A stretch of DNA of 64,000 bases from Candidatus Roizmanbacteria bacterium CG_4_9_14_0_2_um_filter_38_17 (GCA_002788855.1 PFSB01000006.1:99292-163291), one strand, 5' to 3'; numbered from the stretch's first letter, positions 1 to 11,204 are shown. Notes: generated by a model from the sequence alone, not told the origin. Numbers and translations: made by a program.

Positions 1-384
1 AAGAATAATACCAGCTAGTGTATAGATAGACTCCATTCCTATGAATAGTTCAAAATTTTTCTTTGATCTTATAGCAAGCTCAAGAGTAGCAAAAATGTCA
101 CGAATCTTAAAAAACACTTGGGTAGATATTGTGTTTTGTAACATTAACAGTGGATACATGAGGATACTAATAACTGACACGCGATTTACCATTTTTTTGT
201 CTGAAGAGTAAGTTTCATATTTTGTAATTACTGTTGATGATCCGGGATGGGGTCCGTCAATTAGGTCTATGTGTTTAACTTGCGGTTTAAAAAAGCTTAA
301 CATTGGTTCAATCATTCCGTTGATTGCTGTGCGCTCGTTGTTTTCCCAGAGGGCAAAAGTTCCAATTAAAAGGCTCTTTAACAT
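1..384 (-). CDS. Probable glycosyltransferase family 4, N-terminal part (truncated by window edge)
   Basis: Manually translated open frame from ATG 384: MLKSLLIGTFALWENNERTAINGMIEP...FELFIGMESIYTLAGIIL, no stop before base 1; divergent from the methyltransferase; glycosylation context. Confidence 0.55.
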   Translation of the reverse strand, partial: MLKSLLIGTFALWENNERTAINGMIEPMLSFFKPQVKHIDLIDGPHPGSSTVITKYETYSSDKKMVNRVSVISILMYPLLMLQNTISTQVFFKIRDIFATLELAIRSKKNFELFIGMESIYTLAGIIL

Positions 385-428
385 ATAAGGTAGTTTACAA
401 TACTTTGAGATAAAGTTAAAATCATCCC

Positions 429-1067
429 ATGAGTATTAAGCAGGTACTAGTGAAGTTAGGTGATAAGCCTTATTATTTGGCGATAGAGCGGGAACTGGAG
501 GGAATAGAAACTGTACTTGATCTGGGCTGTGGCGCAGACTCACCGCTGTCAGAGGTTGCTGGAAATTATACATCTGTTGGAGTAGATTTATTTACGAAAA
601 GCATAGAAATAAGTAAGCTCAAGAAAATACATGATAAATATATCCAATGTGATGTGACCAAAATTAATGAGAAGGTTAAACCAAAGTCGTTTGATGTGGT
701 TATAGCGTTGGATTTGATTGAGCATCTTGATAAAAAAGAGGGAATAAAATTACTTGAGAAAGTAGAAAAAATTGCGACAAAAAAAGTTATTATAATGACA
801 CCTAATGGCTATTATGATCAAGAACCATACGGAGGAAACCCTTACCAAGTTCACAGATCTGGCTGGAGTGTTGATGATTTTCAAAAACGAGGTTACAATG
901 TTAAGGGAATCAGAGGGTTAAGATATTTACGTGGTGAATGTGCAACTTTAAAATACAGACCTTGGTTTTTTTGGGGAGTAGTTGCAAGTATTACACAGTT
1001 ATTTTTATATAACTTTCCTAAGTTTTCATATCAGCTTTTTGCAGTAAAAAGTATTAATAATTCATGA
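429..1067 (+). CDS. Class I SAM-dependent methyltransferase
   Basis: VLDLGCG motif I; [13 protein letters not shown] motif. Confidence 0.9.
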   Translation: MSIKQVLVKLGDKPYYLAIERELEGIETVLDLGCGADSPLSEVAGNYTSVGVDLFTKSIEISKLKKIHDKYIQCDVTKINEKVKPKSFDVVIALDLIEHLDKKEGIKLLEKVEKIATKKVIIMTPNGYYDQEPYGGNPYQVHRSGWSVDDFQKRGYNVKGIRGLRYLRGECATLKYRPWFFWGVVASITQLFLYNFPKFSYQLFAVKSINNS

Positions 1068-2113
1068 CAAAAAAAGCATTAATAACTGGTTCGGCGGGTC
1101 TTATTGGTTCTGAAGCAGTGCGATTTTTCAGTAGAAAGAATTATGAAATCTTTGGTATTGATAACGATATGAGGGCTTATTTTTTTGGTAAGGAAGCGAG
1201 TACCGATTGGAATAGAAAAAAGCTTGAAGAAAGCCATCTAAACTATAAGCATCTGAGTATAGACATCAGAGATGAAAAAAAGATAGAGAAGGTATTTAGA
1301 CAGAATAAGTTTGACGTTGTTATACATACTGCCGCTCAGCCATCACATGATTGGGCAGCTAAGGAGCCTCTGACAGATTTTACGATAAATGCTAATGGGA
1401 CATTGATTTTGCTTGAAAATTTTCGCAAATATGCTCCTGACGGTGTCTTTATTTTCACGTCAACGAATAAAGTATATGGTGACCGTCCAAATTCACTTCC
1501 TTTTGTAGAATTAGAAACTCGTTATGAGTTGCCTAAAGATCATAGGTTTTATCAAGGAATAGATGAATCAATGAGTATAGACAATTCTGTACATAGTATC
1601 TTTGGTGCATCCAAGATTGCCGCGGATATTTTGGTTCAGGAATATGGTAAATATTTTGGTCTCAATACGGCTATCTTTAGAGGTGGATGTTTAACTGGTC
1701 CTGCTCATAGTGGTACTCAGTTGCATGGGTTTTTAGCTTACTTAGTTAAATGTATTGCAATCGGGTTAGAATATAAAATATTTGGGTATAAAGGGAAACA
1801 GGTGCGAGACAATATCCATTCATATGACTTGGTAAATGCTTTTTATCATGTTGTTCAAAACCCTCGAAAAGGAGAAGTGTATAATATGGGCGGATCTAGG
1901 CACTCAAATGTTTCCATGTTAGAGGCTATAGAGAAAATAGAAAAACGGCTAGGTAAAAAGGCTAAAGTTGTTTATATCGATGAAAATAGGATAGGAGATC
2001 ATATTTGGTATGTTTCAGATGTATCAAAATTTCAAAAGCATTATCCTAAGTGGGAATATAAATATGGAATTGACAGAATAATTGAAGAGCTATGTAACGT
2101 TTATAAGAAATGA
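1064..2113 (+). CDS. NAD-dependent epimerase/dehydratase, CDP-paratose 2-epimerase-like
   Basis: ITGSAGLIG Rossmann motif, [16 protein letters not shown]; catalytic YxxxK appears as FGASK. Confidence 0.85.
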   Translation: MTKKALITGSAGLIGSEAVRFFSRKNYEIFGIDNDMRAYFFGKEASTDWNRKKLEESHLNYKHLSIDIRDEKKIEKVFRQNKFDVVIHTAAQPSHDWAAKEPLTDFTINANGTLILLENFRKYAPDGVFIFTSTNKVYGDRPNSLPFVELETRYELPKDHRFYQGIDESMSIDNSVHSIFGASKIAADILVQEYGKYFGLNTAIFRGGCLTGPAHSGTQLHGFLAYLVKCIAIGLEYKIFGYKGKQVRDNIHSYDLVNAFYHVVQNPRKGEVYNMGGSRHSNVSMLEAIEKIEKRLGKKAKVVYIDENRIGDHIWYVSDVSKFQKHYPKWEYKYGIDRIIEELCNVYKK

Positions 2114-3177
2114 AGTATAAGAAAGTATTGATCACTGGGGGTGCGGGATTTGTAGGCTCTAACATTTGTCTTGCTCTTAAGAAAGAGTATGCAGGTATTC
2201 ATATTCTAGCCTTGGATAATTTGAGGAGGAGAGGATCAGAATTAAATGTGGGGCGTCTAGCGGATGCTGGAGTTGATTTTATACGAGGGGATGTACGAAA
2301 CCAGGAAGACTTGTCAGGAATAGATCCAGATCTGATTATTGAGTGTTCAGCAGAACCTTCTGCACAGGCTGGAGTGACATCAAGTCCAAGCTATGTTTTG
2401 TCAACAAATTTGATTGGTGCAATTAATTGTTATGAAGTAGCAAGGAAATGCTCAAGTGATGTCATATTTATATCTACAAGTAGAGTATATCCATATAGTG
2501 TTCTTGAAAATATAAAATATGAAGAGACTGAGTCAAGATATAAAATCCCTGAGAATATAGAAATGGCAGGTGTGTCTGTAGACGGTATTAGTGAGAAATT
2601 TCCTCTTCCAGGAAAAAGGACTTTTTATGGTGCTAGTAAGTTATCTGCTGAGCTTATTCTTGAAGAATATAGGGAGGTATATGGTGTAAATGCATCCATT
2701 ATTCGCTATGGAATGATAGCTGGTCCATGGCAGTTTGGCAAGGTTGATCAGGGAATAGTTGCACATTGGTTAGCTAAGCACAGTTTTGGTGGAGAACTAT
2801 CTTATATCGGATATGGTGGACTAGGCAAACAGGTTAGAGATATTGTGCACGTTGATGATGTTGTTGTCTTATTAAGATATCAGCTGGAACATCCAGCTGT
2901 ACTTACAAGTAAAATATATAATGCTGGAGGCGGAGTTGAAAACAGTATTTCTTTGTTAGAGTTAACTGATTATTGTCAGGAAGTTACAGGTAATACAATT
3001 AAAATTGGAAAGAATGACAAAGCAAGACTTGGCGATATTCCGCTATATTACACAGATAATTCAGAAATAACTAAGACTACGGGTTGGAAGCCAAATAAAT
3101 CCATACAAAACATTATCGAGGATACATATAAGTGGCTTATTAGTTACAAACAGCAACTTGTTGGGTTGGTAGGATGA
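2110..3177 (+). CDS. NAD-dependent epimerase/dehydratase, CDP-paratose 2-epimerase-like
   Basis: [26 protein letters not shown]. Confidence 0.85.
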   Translation: MKYKKVLITGGAGFVGSNICLALKKEYAGIHILALDNLRRRGSELNVGRLADAGVDFIRGDVRNQEDLSGIDPDLIIECSAEPSAQAGVTSSPSYVLSTNLIGAINCYEVARKCSSDVIFISTSRVYPYSVLENIKYEETESRYKIPENIEMAGVSVDGISEKFPLPGKRTFYGASKLSAELILEEYREVYGVNASIIRYGMIAGPWQFGKVDQGIVAHWLAKHSFGGELSYIGYGGLGKQVRDIVHVDDVVVLLRYQLEHPAVLTSKIYNAGGGVENSISLLELTDYCQEVTGNTIKIGKNDKARLGDIPLYYTDNSEITKTTGWKPNKSIQNIIEDTYKWLISYKQQLVGLVG

Positions 3178-6100
3178 AGTGGTTAAAGGGTCGTAAGCAA
3201 GATATTTTAGGGCTCGCTATTCTCATTGCTATAAGCATGATTCCTTTAATTTGGGTTAGTGGCGGTTATTTGCTAGATGGGCACGATAATGTATTTCCTC
3301 TTGTGCCTCAAGTATTTTTACACGGTAGGTTATTTACATGGATATCAAATGAAGGTTTTGGACTTGATCAAACGCGCTTCATGGGAACAATACCTATGCA
3401 TTTGCTGGAGGCATTACCAGCGATGCTTGGATTTTCGATTACCGTTGCACAAAGATTTACATATATTTTTTGGATGTTGGCAATGTCACTATCGATGTAC
3501 TTATTTGTTCGAAGAACAGGTCTTGGAAATTGGGTTGTAGCAACAATAGCAGCAGTATTATATGTGATTAATTTTTATATATTACAAGCTTGGTTTATTG
3601 CTGAGGTAGCTAAATTTTCAGCGTACACAGCTTTACCTTTGCTTCTGCTGGTATTTTATGAGGTCTATCGTAAGCGGTTATCTATATTGACCGGATCGTT
3701 ACTAAATGGCTTAATCTTGTTTATATTTAATGCTGGTGGCTTGTTTGGCATTCCATTGTATGGAGGTTTAATTACCACTATTGTCGTATTTGTGCTTTTC
3801 TTCTCGCTGCATGATTGCCTTAAAGGTTCACTATCTACAGCTTTTCGGTTTTTGCTATTAATTTTAGGAACTTTAATTTTGGCTGTTTTGGCAAATATGT
3901 ATATGTTGTTGCCTGTGTTTTTTGAGCTTTCAAAGGCTGTAATTGACGGTGTTGCTAGTGTGGGCGGTGTGGAAGGGTTAATTGAGTGGGCGGGTGTTAT
4001 AAGCAAGAATACAAGCTATAATAACTTATTTAGATTGCAGGGTGTTTCGGAGTGGTATGACAATGCTCAGCATTCTTATGCTTCTAACTATTTAATGACT
4101 CCAGTGCTAATATTGGCAAGTTTTGTTCCGCTCGTAATTTTGATTCTACCCTTATATACATGGAAAACATGGTCTATAGCAAAAAAACACAGACCTTTTG
4201 TATTGTACCTCTATTGGTTATTCATTATTGGTTTTGTTCTGTCGGCCGGTACACATGCGCCATTGGGTTTTGTGTACAAGGCTATGATGAGATATATACC
4301 AGGTTTTTTGATATTTCGTACCCCGTATTATAAATTTGCACCTACAATATTCTTTTCGTTTTCCATTATTGCTGGAATTACAATTGGTTTTTTTATAGAC
4401 AGATTTAAACCTAAAATGCATTTAATTATGACTGTGGCCGTTGTGAGTTTGGTAGTTCTTTATCATTTTCCGTTTGTACAAACGAAACAATTTAATTGGA
4501 GAGATGACTTGCGTACTAGGCTCAAGGTGCCTGAATATGTGTTTGATTTTGCTGATTATATAAATAGAGCTGACACTGGGGATAACAGAGTGTTGGCTAT
4601 TCCTAATTTAAGCAGCTCAACCCAAGCGGATGTTTATAACTGGGGATTTTTTAGTCTATATCCTTTAACAAGGTACTTTACTAATAAGCCGGTGATAATG
4701 AACGACCAGCTACTTGATCGGCAGTCTCGCACAATAATAAATGAAATATATCGTAGTTTACTTATTGGAGACAAGCAATATTTTGAGCAATTAGCTAGGT
4801 TAGCAAGCATTAAATACCTGCTTGTGCGTAATGATTTTAATTATAAATTGGAATGGTCGAGATCGATTAGTCCGGATGAATATGAAGCCCAGATAAAAAG
4901 TTTTTATCCTAATATAACCAGTCTAACATTTGGTGAATGGACACTGTATACCATGCCCGTCAATTATTCTAATGGTGTTGTTTCAGTTTATAAGCCAATT
5001 GAAGTGATTAGTTCGGATATTACTAATCTACATAATTTACTGGGTACTCCTTATAGATATTCGCTTAACTCGATAATAGCTGATAGTGTTACGCAGGACA
5101 TGTATAAAGAAGCTAGTTATAGCTCATTTCTTAATTGTCGACTGTGTGAGGTTGAGAGAAATATCATGCATGTAGATTTTACTGCTTCACGGATTTTACC
5201 GAACTCTCCTCTTTTTAAGATAATTCAGTATAGAGAAAATAAGCAAATTAGCTCTGTTGTTGGTGTAGATAAAATAACCACACTTTTGGGAATAAGTAAT
5301 AAAAGAGTAGCCAGATTAATAAAGATGTATGAGCTTGATGTCAAAGATGAACAGGTACTTACCAAGACAATGGATGATATTATTAGTCAGACCGATATTT
5401 TGATTGCTGAGATAGAAAAGATAGAAAATACTGAGGAAAAACTAACGTTAGCTATAAAAGCATCAATGTATATAGATAAAGAACTTCAATATTTAAGAAA
5501 TCAGTTTAAGAATGAAGCTATACAAAGGGCAAGTAGTAGCATGAAGAGTAGATACTTGATGTTACTTCAAGAGTTTCAACAAGATCTATTAAATATTGAA
5601 AGTTATAAATTTGGAGGAAACATTGAAAAGGACAAGTTATTTATATTTCAAGTACCGCGTTCAGGACTTTATGGTTTTAGCTTAAAATATGATTCTAATT
5701 TAGGTAAAGTAGGTACCACTGTCGAATTGGTTATAGATAAAAGTGAATCTTTATTGGTAGAGATAAATAATGATTCTTGGATAGATATGGGTGATCTACC
5801 CTTAGACAAGGGCGAACATAGGTTAGAGATTAGGATAAATAATGAAGATATTGATATTTTAAAATGGGCAGAGACAGATTCAAGCCTTTATCCAGACAAA
5901 AGTTGCTATGGGGCAAAATTAGTCAATGATGATCCAATTGGTTTTGGTTCATTTAAAATGAGGTTTAAGAATCCTATCGCACAAGGTGAGGAATATATTT
6001 TCTATGAAATAAACGATGCAATAGAAGGTGGCGTGACTAATCTTAGTACTTTTGAGTATCAAGAAGATGTATCTGACACAACTGAAGATCTTCGATTTTA

Positions 6101-6584
6101 TGACGTTGAAGCAATGGGAAAAAGAGAATTTGTTTTTTGTGGCAACACACAAGAAGATAGCCTATCTATTCTTCCTCACACAACGCAAATATATTTTCCA
6201 GTTGTATATATGCGAGAGTTGGACCAACAGGTTATAGTGCATAAACTAGTTGTTGATTACACAAAAATTAATCCAACTCATTACAATGTGAATGTTATAG
6301 GTGATAATGGAGATGTAACAGTAGTTACATTAAATGAAAGATTTGACCCAGATTGGGAGCTCTTAATAACGGATGGTAGTGGTGAGACTAGCAAGGTGCA
6401 GAACCACTTTGAATCTGATTATTATGCTAATAGTTGGTTGATTCAGAAAGATGGAGATTATAAACTAGAGGTAAGGCACGCTAGTCAGCGAAGATTTACT
6501 GTAAGTGCAGTTATCAGTTTATTTTTTGCGGTTAGCTCTGGTGCATATATTTGTTACAAAAAATTTGTTAAAAAGAATGATTAA
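3174..6584 (+). CDS. Large GT-C fold membrane glycosyltransferase (AftD/YfhO-like) with extracellular domain
   Basis: About 12 N-terminal TM segments, IPGFLIFRTPYYKF motif, long soluble region, C-terminal LNERFDPDW...YANSW plus TM typical of YfhO-like proteins. Confidence 0.7.
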   Translation: MKWLKGRKQDILGLAILIAISMIPLIWVSGGYLLDGHDNVFPLVPQVFLHGRLFTWISNEGFGLDQTRFMGTIPMHLLEALPAMLGFSITVAQRFTYIFWMLAMSLSMYLFVRRTGLGNWVVATIAAVLYVINFYILQAWFIAEVAKFSAYTALPLLLLVFYEVYRKRLSILTGSLLNGLILFIFNAGGLFGIPLYGGLITTIVVFVLFFSLHDCLKGSLSTAFRFLLLILGTLILAVLANMYMLLPVFFELSKAVIDGVASVGGVEGLIEWAGVISKNTSYNNLFRLQGVSEWYDNAQHSYASNYLMTPVLILASFVPLVILILPLYTWKTWSIAKKHRPFVLYLYWLFIIGFVLSAGTHAPLGFVYKAMMRYIPGFLIFRTPYYKFAPTIFFSFSIIAGITIGFFIDRFKPKMHLIMTVAVVSLVVLYHFPFVQTKQFNWRDDLRTRLKVPEYVFDFADYINRADTGDNRVLAIPNLSSSTQADVYNWGFFSLYPLTRYFTNKPVIMNDQLLDRQSRTIINEIYRSLLIGDKQYFEQLARLASIKYLLVRNDFNYKLEWSRSISPDEYEAQIKSFYPNITSLTFGEWTLYTMPVNYSNGVVSVYKPIEVISSDITNLHNLLGTPYRYSLNSIIADSVTQDMYKEASYSSFLNCRLCEVERNIMHVDFTASRILPNSPLFKIIQYRENKQISSVVGVDKITTLLGISNKRVARLIKMYELDVKDEQVLTKTMDDIISQTDILIAEIEKIENTEEKLTLAIKASMYIDKELQYLRNQFKNEAIQRASSSMKSRYLMLLQEFQQDLLNIESYKFGGNIEKDKLFIFQVPRSGLYGFSLKYDSNLGKVGTTVELVIDKSESLLVEINNDSWIDMGDLPLDKGEHRLEIRINNEDIDILKWAETDSSLYPDKSCYGAKLVNDDPIGFGSFKMRFKNPIAQGEEYIFYEINDAIEGGVTNLSTFEYQEDVSDTTEDLRFYDVEAMGKREFVFCGNTQEDSLSILPHTTQIYFPVVYMRELDQQVIVHKLVVDYTKINPTHYNVNVIGDNGDVTVVTLNERFDPDWELLITDGSGETSKVQNHFESDYYANSWLIQKDGDYKLEVRHASQRRFTVSAVISLFFAVSSGAYICYKKFVKKND

Positions 6585-7065
6585 AAACCTTATAAATCGG
6601 GTATCTGAAGCTAGTACAAAGATGGATCTTAAATTTGGTTATACATTGATGATTGTGCTAGTAGTCATAGCAGTTTTGAGCAAAGTTCCTTATGCAAATT
6701 TATTCATAAAAATAGATATTATGACTATGATTCCATTGGTTATATTGGGTGTGTTTTTTCGTTTATTAGTTGGAGCGAGTCTGTGGTTAATAATACCAGT
6801 GCTTTTTCTACTTATACTAATTAGCAGTATTTCTGAGGCAGTGATTACATATACTTCATTTATATATGGACTATATTTAATTATTATTTCTCTTCTAAGC
6901 GTTACATATATGCTGTATTTATTAATCTTTTTTTCTGCTCTATTGCTAATAGATACAGTATTTGGAGTTGGTTTTTCAGAAATATTAGGTGTTTTTTTAT
7001 ATATATCTTTGGTAGGAGTTATTGTGAAATATAGCTATCAAGAGATGATTCAATCTAATAAATAG
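6577..7065 (+). CDS. Hypothetical multi-pass membrane protein
   Basis: Highly hydrophobic ORF; ATG 6577 overlapping the upstream stop preferred over track start 6505. Confidence 0.7.
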   Translation: MIKNLINRVSEASTKMDLKFGYTLMIVLVVIAVLSKVPYANLFIKIDIMTMIPLVILGVFFRLLVGASLWLIIPVLFLLILISSISEAVITYTSFIYGLYLIIISLLSVTYMLYLLIFFSALLLIDTVFGVGFSEILGVFLYISLVGVIVKYSYQEMIQSNK

Positions 7066-8513
7066 TGTTGCTTAATAAGTTGAAATTAGGTTTAGTTTTG
7101 GTTGTTGTTTTTGCTGTGTATAGAGTTTGGTTTCGATTGGGAACTTTATCTGCTGGGGATTGGCCTTATCTGTATTTAGAAAATATTGGAGAATTTTCAT
7201 GGTTTCCAGAAATTAGATTTTTGTGGCTTGGATTATATTATCAGATTCCAGCTAAACTTTTTGTGCAAGTACTGGGATTATCATGGGAAGTGGTTGAGAG
7301 GGTTATATGGTTTGTACCTTTTGTACTGCTTTGTGTCTATTCAAGTTATCGTTTAACTAAATCATGGTTGGGGGTATTGGTTTATACAACCAGCACATAT
7401 ATATTAATGGTGGTTGGAGGGGGACAGATGGGGGTAGCTTTTGGATATGCACTGGCGCCTTTGGTGTTGGATTGGTTTGTAAGAGGTAGGAAAGGGTTAT
7501 TAGGAGGGTTATTTGTTTCTTTACAGTTAATGTTTGATCCTCGAATGGCATATATAACTTTGTTTGGGGTGGTTTTGTATTATCTAGTAACAGACTGGAA
7601 AAAAGTGAGGCTCATTATTATTCCTTTGATTATTGCATTTATTTTGAATCTATTTTGGATAGTTCCTATAATTATGTCTGGTACGGGGGAATATGGAGAT
7701 ATATACACAGGTGGAGAAATGGTAGAGTTTTTTAGTTTTGCAAAGTTTGAAAATGCAATTTCACTTTTTCATCCAAATTGGCCTGACAATATATTTGGAA
7801 AAGTGGGATTCCAAAGGCCTGAGTTTATGTTGCTGCCAATTTTGGCATTTTCCAGTCTTTTGTTCTCAAAAAAGCCTAAAATATTATTTTTTGCTTTACT
7901 AGGGTTAGTTGGTTCATTTTTGGCTAAAGGTGCAAATGAACCCTTTGGTATGGTCTATTTGTGGCTATTTGAACATGTTCCTGGATTTGTGATGTTTAGA
8001 GATCCTACTAAATGGTATCTATTAATTGCTTTAAGCTACTCTGTCCTTATTCCATATGTGCTTAATAGTTTCAAGGTTAAATGGGTTGTGTGGTTATTTA
8101 TTGTTTATTGGGTAATTTTAATAAGACCAGTTTGGCTAGGTCAGCTTACGGGTACATTTGAGCCAAAGGCGGTGCCAGGTGAGTATATTGAATTAAAGGA
8201 TTTTATTTATGAGCAAGATGGTGATTTTAAAACACTATGGATTCCTGGTAGGCAGAGATTTGGATTTGTATCCAAGAATCATCCGGCAATTGAAGCTTCA
8301 TCGTCAGCTGAGCTTTCTAGAAGTGAACTTCTAAATAAAAAGGTTAAGTATATTATTGTTCCTTACGATAATCGCGAGGAACTGTTTATTGAGGATCATA
8401 AGTATGTTCCAGCTCTTAGAGCTGAACTCATAGAGGAGCTTGGGCAGTTATCGTGGCTTGAGCATAGCCAAATAGAGAATATAGATATATTTGAAATTAA
8501 AGCAGATAAATAA
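7065..8513 (+). CDS. GT-C fold membrane glycosyltransferase-like protein
   Basis: Multi-TM; VPGFVMFRDPTKW motif shared with the 3174 ORF. Confidence 0.7.
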   Translation: MLLNKLKLGLVLVVVFAVYRVWFRLGTLSAGDWPYLYLENIGEFSWFPEIRFLWLGLYYQIPAKLFVQVLGLSWEVVERVIWFVPFVLLCVYSSYRLTKSWLGVLVYTTSTYILMVVGGGQMGVAFGYALAPLVLDWFVRGRKGLLGGLFVSLQLMFDPRMAYITLFGVVLYYLVTDWKKVRLIIIPLIIAFILNLFWIVPIIMSGTGEYGDIYTGGEMVEFFSFAKFENAISLFHPNWPDNIFGKVGFQRPEFMLLPILAFSSLLFSKKPKILFFALLGLVGSFLAKGANEPFGMVYLWLFEHVPGFVMFRDPTKWYLLIALSYSVLIPYVLNSFKVKWVVWLFIVYWVILIRPVWLGQLTGTFEPKAVPGEYIELKDFIYEQDGDFKTLWIPGRQRFGFVSKNHPAIEASSSAELSRSELLNKKVKYIIVPYDNREELFIEDHKYVPALRAELIEELGQLSWLEHSQIENIDIFEIKADK

Positions 8514-9826
8514 TGTTTAAGATAAGGGCTAAAATATTAGTGGTAGCAGTTATCCTATCTTTAGGGTTAGGCTTTATCTTACATAACTATGCAAAGTATC
8601 CACAAAGAGGTGCTAGTGCTGATGAGTACACCTATTCATTTCTAGGTTTGAGTCTGATTAAAGACGGTGTTCCAACGTCATGGTCTCATTTTTCGGCATA
8701 CAAGAACAAGTACTCATTAACGATTAATAATGCCTACTTTCCAGTAGTATATCCATATTTTGATCATCCACCGCTTAATGGACTCTTAGTGGCATCAGTG
8801 GCACTTTTAAATGGTGAGCGGGAGTTTTATCAGATTAATCTTTCTACAATTCGTTTAGCACCCATATTTTTATTTATGGTTACTTCAACGCTAGTATTTT
8901 TAATAGGCAAAAAACTATATGGCTATAAGACTGGGTTATGGGCTCTCTTAATAAATATAACTACTACTATTATTGTAATGAATGCGCGTGTGGCATTTGC
9001 TGAGAATCTTTTAACTCCATTATTTCTACTAGCTTTGTACTTATATATACTATTTAAGGACAAACTTCGTGTACCAATCGTATTATTATTGGGTACTCTC
9101 TCGGGTCTTGCTATCTGGACTAAAGAGCTAGGGGTAATAGTCTTTATATCCTTGCTGTATCTTTTTATTGAAAGAAAGCAAAGCTTAAGATTGACGCTTC
9201 TACTAGTATCAACGACCCTCCTATTTGGATTTGGTTATGTATTATATGGTGCTTACTTTGACTGGGGATTGTTTAAGGAGATAATATTCATTCAATCTAC
9301 TAGAAATATAGGTCCTGATAATCTCCTGATACTTCTGTTTAAACCAATTATTGTCAATAAGGAGTATTATGATGGGTGGTACTTCTTGGGCTTACTAAGT
9401 ATATTTACAGCTTTAATTAAATATACAAAACATAAAATAATTATTGTTCCTGCTATGACATACTTTCTATTACTTATAGTTAGTGCTTCACAAGATATTA
9501 TATCTGGCTGGTATATGATACCCTTGTTTCCTTTAATGTCTATATTAACTGCGGCGCTATTGGTTGAGAGTCAGCGCAAGTTTAATTGGTATCCATTAGC
9601 GATGTTACTGTTTGTAGGGTTGTCACAGATGAAGTTAATATTTGAGCCTAATTTTGGATTGGCTCCTTCTCAATTTAGACTGTTCATGGTGATTATGTTT
9701 TTACCAGTTATTGGAGCGATGATGCTACAAAATAAGCGTGTTTATAGCTATTTAGTTAGTATCTGGTTTTATTTATTCATCCTGGGAAATGTTTATTTGA
9801 CATATAATTATGTACACCCAGCTTAA
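8513..9826 (+). CDS. ArnT/PMT (GT39-like) membrane glycosyltransferase
   Basis: ADE motif after TM1, YFDHPPL, LAIWTKE, multi-TM. Confidence 0.8.
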   Translation: MFKIRAKILVVAVILSLGLGFILHNYAKYPQRGASADEYTYSFLGLSLIKDGVPTSWSHFSAYKNKYSLTINNAYFPVVYPYFDHPPLNGLLVASVALLNGEREFYQINLSTIRLAPIFLFMVTSTLVFLIGKKLYGYKTGLWALLINITTTIIVMNARVAFAENLLTPLFLLALYLYILFKDKLRVPIVLLLGTLSGLAIWTKELGVIVFISLLYLFIERKQSLRLTLLLVSTTLLFGFGYVLYGAYFDWGLFKEIIFIQSTRNIGPDNLLILLFKPIIVNKEYYDGWYFLGLLSIFTALIKYTKHKIIIVPAMTYFLLLIVSASQDIISGWYMIPLFPLMSILTAALLVESQRKFNWYPLAMLLFVGLSQMKLIFEPNFGLAPSQFRLFMVIMFLPVIGAMMLQNKRVYSYLVSIWFYLFILGNVYLTYNYVHPA

Positions 9827-10048
9827 ATGAAAATACAGGATATTGGTTTTATTGCGGTTTTATTGGTAGTTTTGGTTATGAGGAAACCTCGCCTTTGTGT
9901 TGTTGTTGGATTAGCTTGTTTTGGATTATCTATTCCTTTGTTTGCTACTTGGACATTTTTTACAGCACAGAGGTTGACTTATTATGCCGGCGCATTTATT
10001 CTTCACGCTGTTTTGTTACAGCTATTTATTAGTACACCCCGCAAGTAG
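9827..10048 (+). CDS. Small membrane protein (73 aa)
   Basis: Hydrophobic ORF abutting the upstream stop; a diverged fragment recurs at 11358-11448. Confidence 0.75.
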   Translation: MKIQDIGFIAVLLVVLVMRKPRLCVVVGLACFGLSIPLFATWTFFTAQRLTYYAGAFILHAVLLQLFISTPRK

Positions 10049-10059
10049 CCCTGAATTGC
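10039..10059 (+). repeat. 21-bp direct repeat, copy 1 (CCGCAAGTAGCCCTGAATTGC)
   Basis: 20/21 identical to 11449-11469; each copy lies upstream of a TA operon. Confidence 0.85.
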
Positions 10060-10196
10060 TTTGGAGTCAGAAGGGTTACGCGTAGGCGGACAAGTTATTT
10101 GAACTTGGCAGGACTAATCTAAGCGAGGATAGCGTAAGTTAACTGGGGCATTGCAGAGCTCAATAGCATACCCCACGTGCTATAATATCTACAATA

Positions 10197-10484
10197 ATGC
10201 AGAGATCTGATTTATATAACAATACAAAAGATATTTTTTCTCATTATGGGGTTAAGAAAGCAGCAGTTTTTGGCTCGTATGCTCGTGGTGATAATAGAGA
10301 TGATAGTGATATTGACATTCTTGTTGAATTAGGTAGATCTATGGGTTTAATTGATTATTCTGGATTAAGGCTGGATTTACAGGATAGACTAGGGATGAAA
10401 GTAGATCTAGTTCAGTATAAAACAATAAAACCATCAATAAAGGAGTATATCTTAAAAGACGAAACTGTATTATTTCAAGCGTGA
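10197..10484 (+). CDS. Minimal nucleotidyltransferase (MNT) antitoxin
   Basis: FGSYARGD...SDIDILVE motif, 95 aa; TGcTATAAT promoter at 10178-10186. Confidence 0.93.
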   Translation: MQRSDLYNNTKDIFSHYGVKKAAVFGSYARGDNRDDSDIDILVELGRSMGLIDYSGLRLDLQDRLGMKVDLVQYKTIKPSIKEYILKDETVLFQA

Positions 10485-10807
10485 TGAAAATAGCTACTCC
10501 ATACATTGAGAATATTTTAGATTCAATTGTTCAGATTGAAAAATATTTAACTGAAATTAAATATGATAAAAAGTCTTTTCTAGAGAATATTGAAAAGCAA
10601 GATGCTGTTATTAGACGACTAGAAGTTATAGGTGAAGCTACAAAGAGACTAGAAGAAGATTATAAAAGCCAGTTTCCTAATGTTCCCTGGAAGAATATGG
10701 CAGGGATGAGAGATGTCCTAATTCACGACTATGACGAGGTGGATATTGACTTGGTTTGGGATACTGTAAGTAAAGATTTGGTTGTGCTCAAGGAAGCTAT
10801 TAAATAA
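10481..10807 (+). CDS. HEPN/DUF86 RNase toxin (MNT-HEPN type VII TA)
   Basis: IGEA and MRDVLIHDY (RX4H) motifs; overlaps the MNT stop. Confidence 0.93.
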   Translation: MMKIATPYIENILDSIVQIEKYLTEIKYDKKSFLENIEKQDAVIRRLEVIGEATKRLEEDYKSQFPNVPWKNMAGMRDVLIHDYDEVDIDLVWDTVSKDLVVLKEAIK

Positions 10808-10894
10808 AATAGACTAGTGTAATATTTATGTTTACACTTATTTACAGCCCCTTTTAATGTGGGTGGGTTGAAACAGAATAGCAACCCATAGTGT

Positions 10895-10922
10895 TTGACA
10901 AATAGGCTTTGTTTTGTATACT
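10895..10922 (+). promoter_or_regulatory. Sigma70 promoter TTGACA-N16-TATACT
   Basis: TTGACA 10895-10900, TATACT 10917-10922, ATG at 10931. Confidence 0.7.
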
Positions 10923-10930
10923 CTTTGTAT

Positions 10931-11191
10931 ATGTCAGAAGCTAGACCAGGTATGGTTGTTTATGATGGAGCGTTAATGCAAGCACACGATGTTGCAGAGG
11001 AAATGTTTTGGTATGTCTACGGTGACGATTTATCTGAATCCAGGGAAATAGTTGCTGCGTACCGCAATAGGGCTGTTGGCTGTGGCTGTGGTAGGTGCCA
11101 AAAGGACGAGCATCGTGCATGGAAAGGGGAAATACAAAAGTTTATTGATCCCGAAAGTTTAAGTAATCTTTTTCCACATATAGACTGGTAG
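10931..11191 (+). CDS. Small hypothetical protein with CxCxxC motif
   Basis: MSEARPG...GCGCGRC...; own near-consensus promoter supports start 10931 rather than track start 10895. Confidence 0.65.
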   Translation: MSEARPGMVVYDGALMQAHDVAEEMFWYVYGDDLSESREIVAAYRNRAVGCGCGRCQKDEHRAWKGEIQKFIDPESLSNLFPHIDW

Positions 11192-11204
11192 TTTTTTCAC
11201 CCCT

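Noticed and set aside
10040-10082. Integron attC site before a TA cassette
   Set aside because: GTTACGC resembles R' but there is no matching RYYYAAC box and no integrase in the window.
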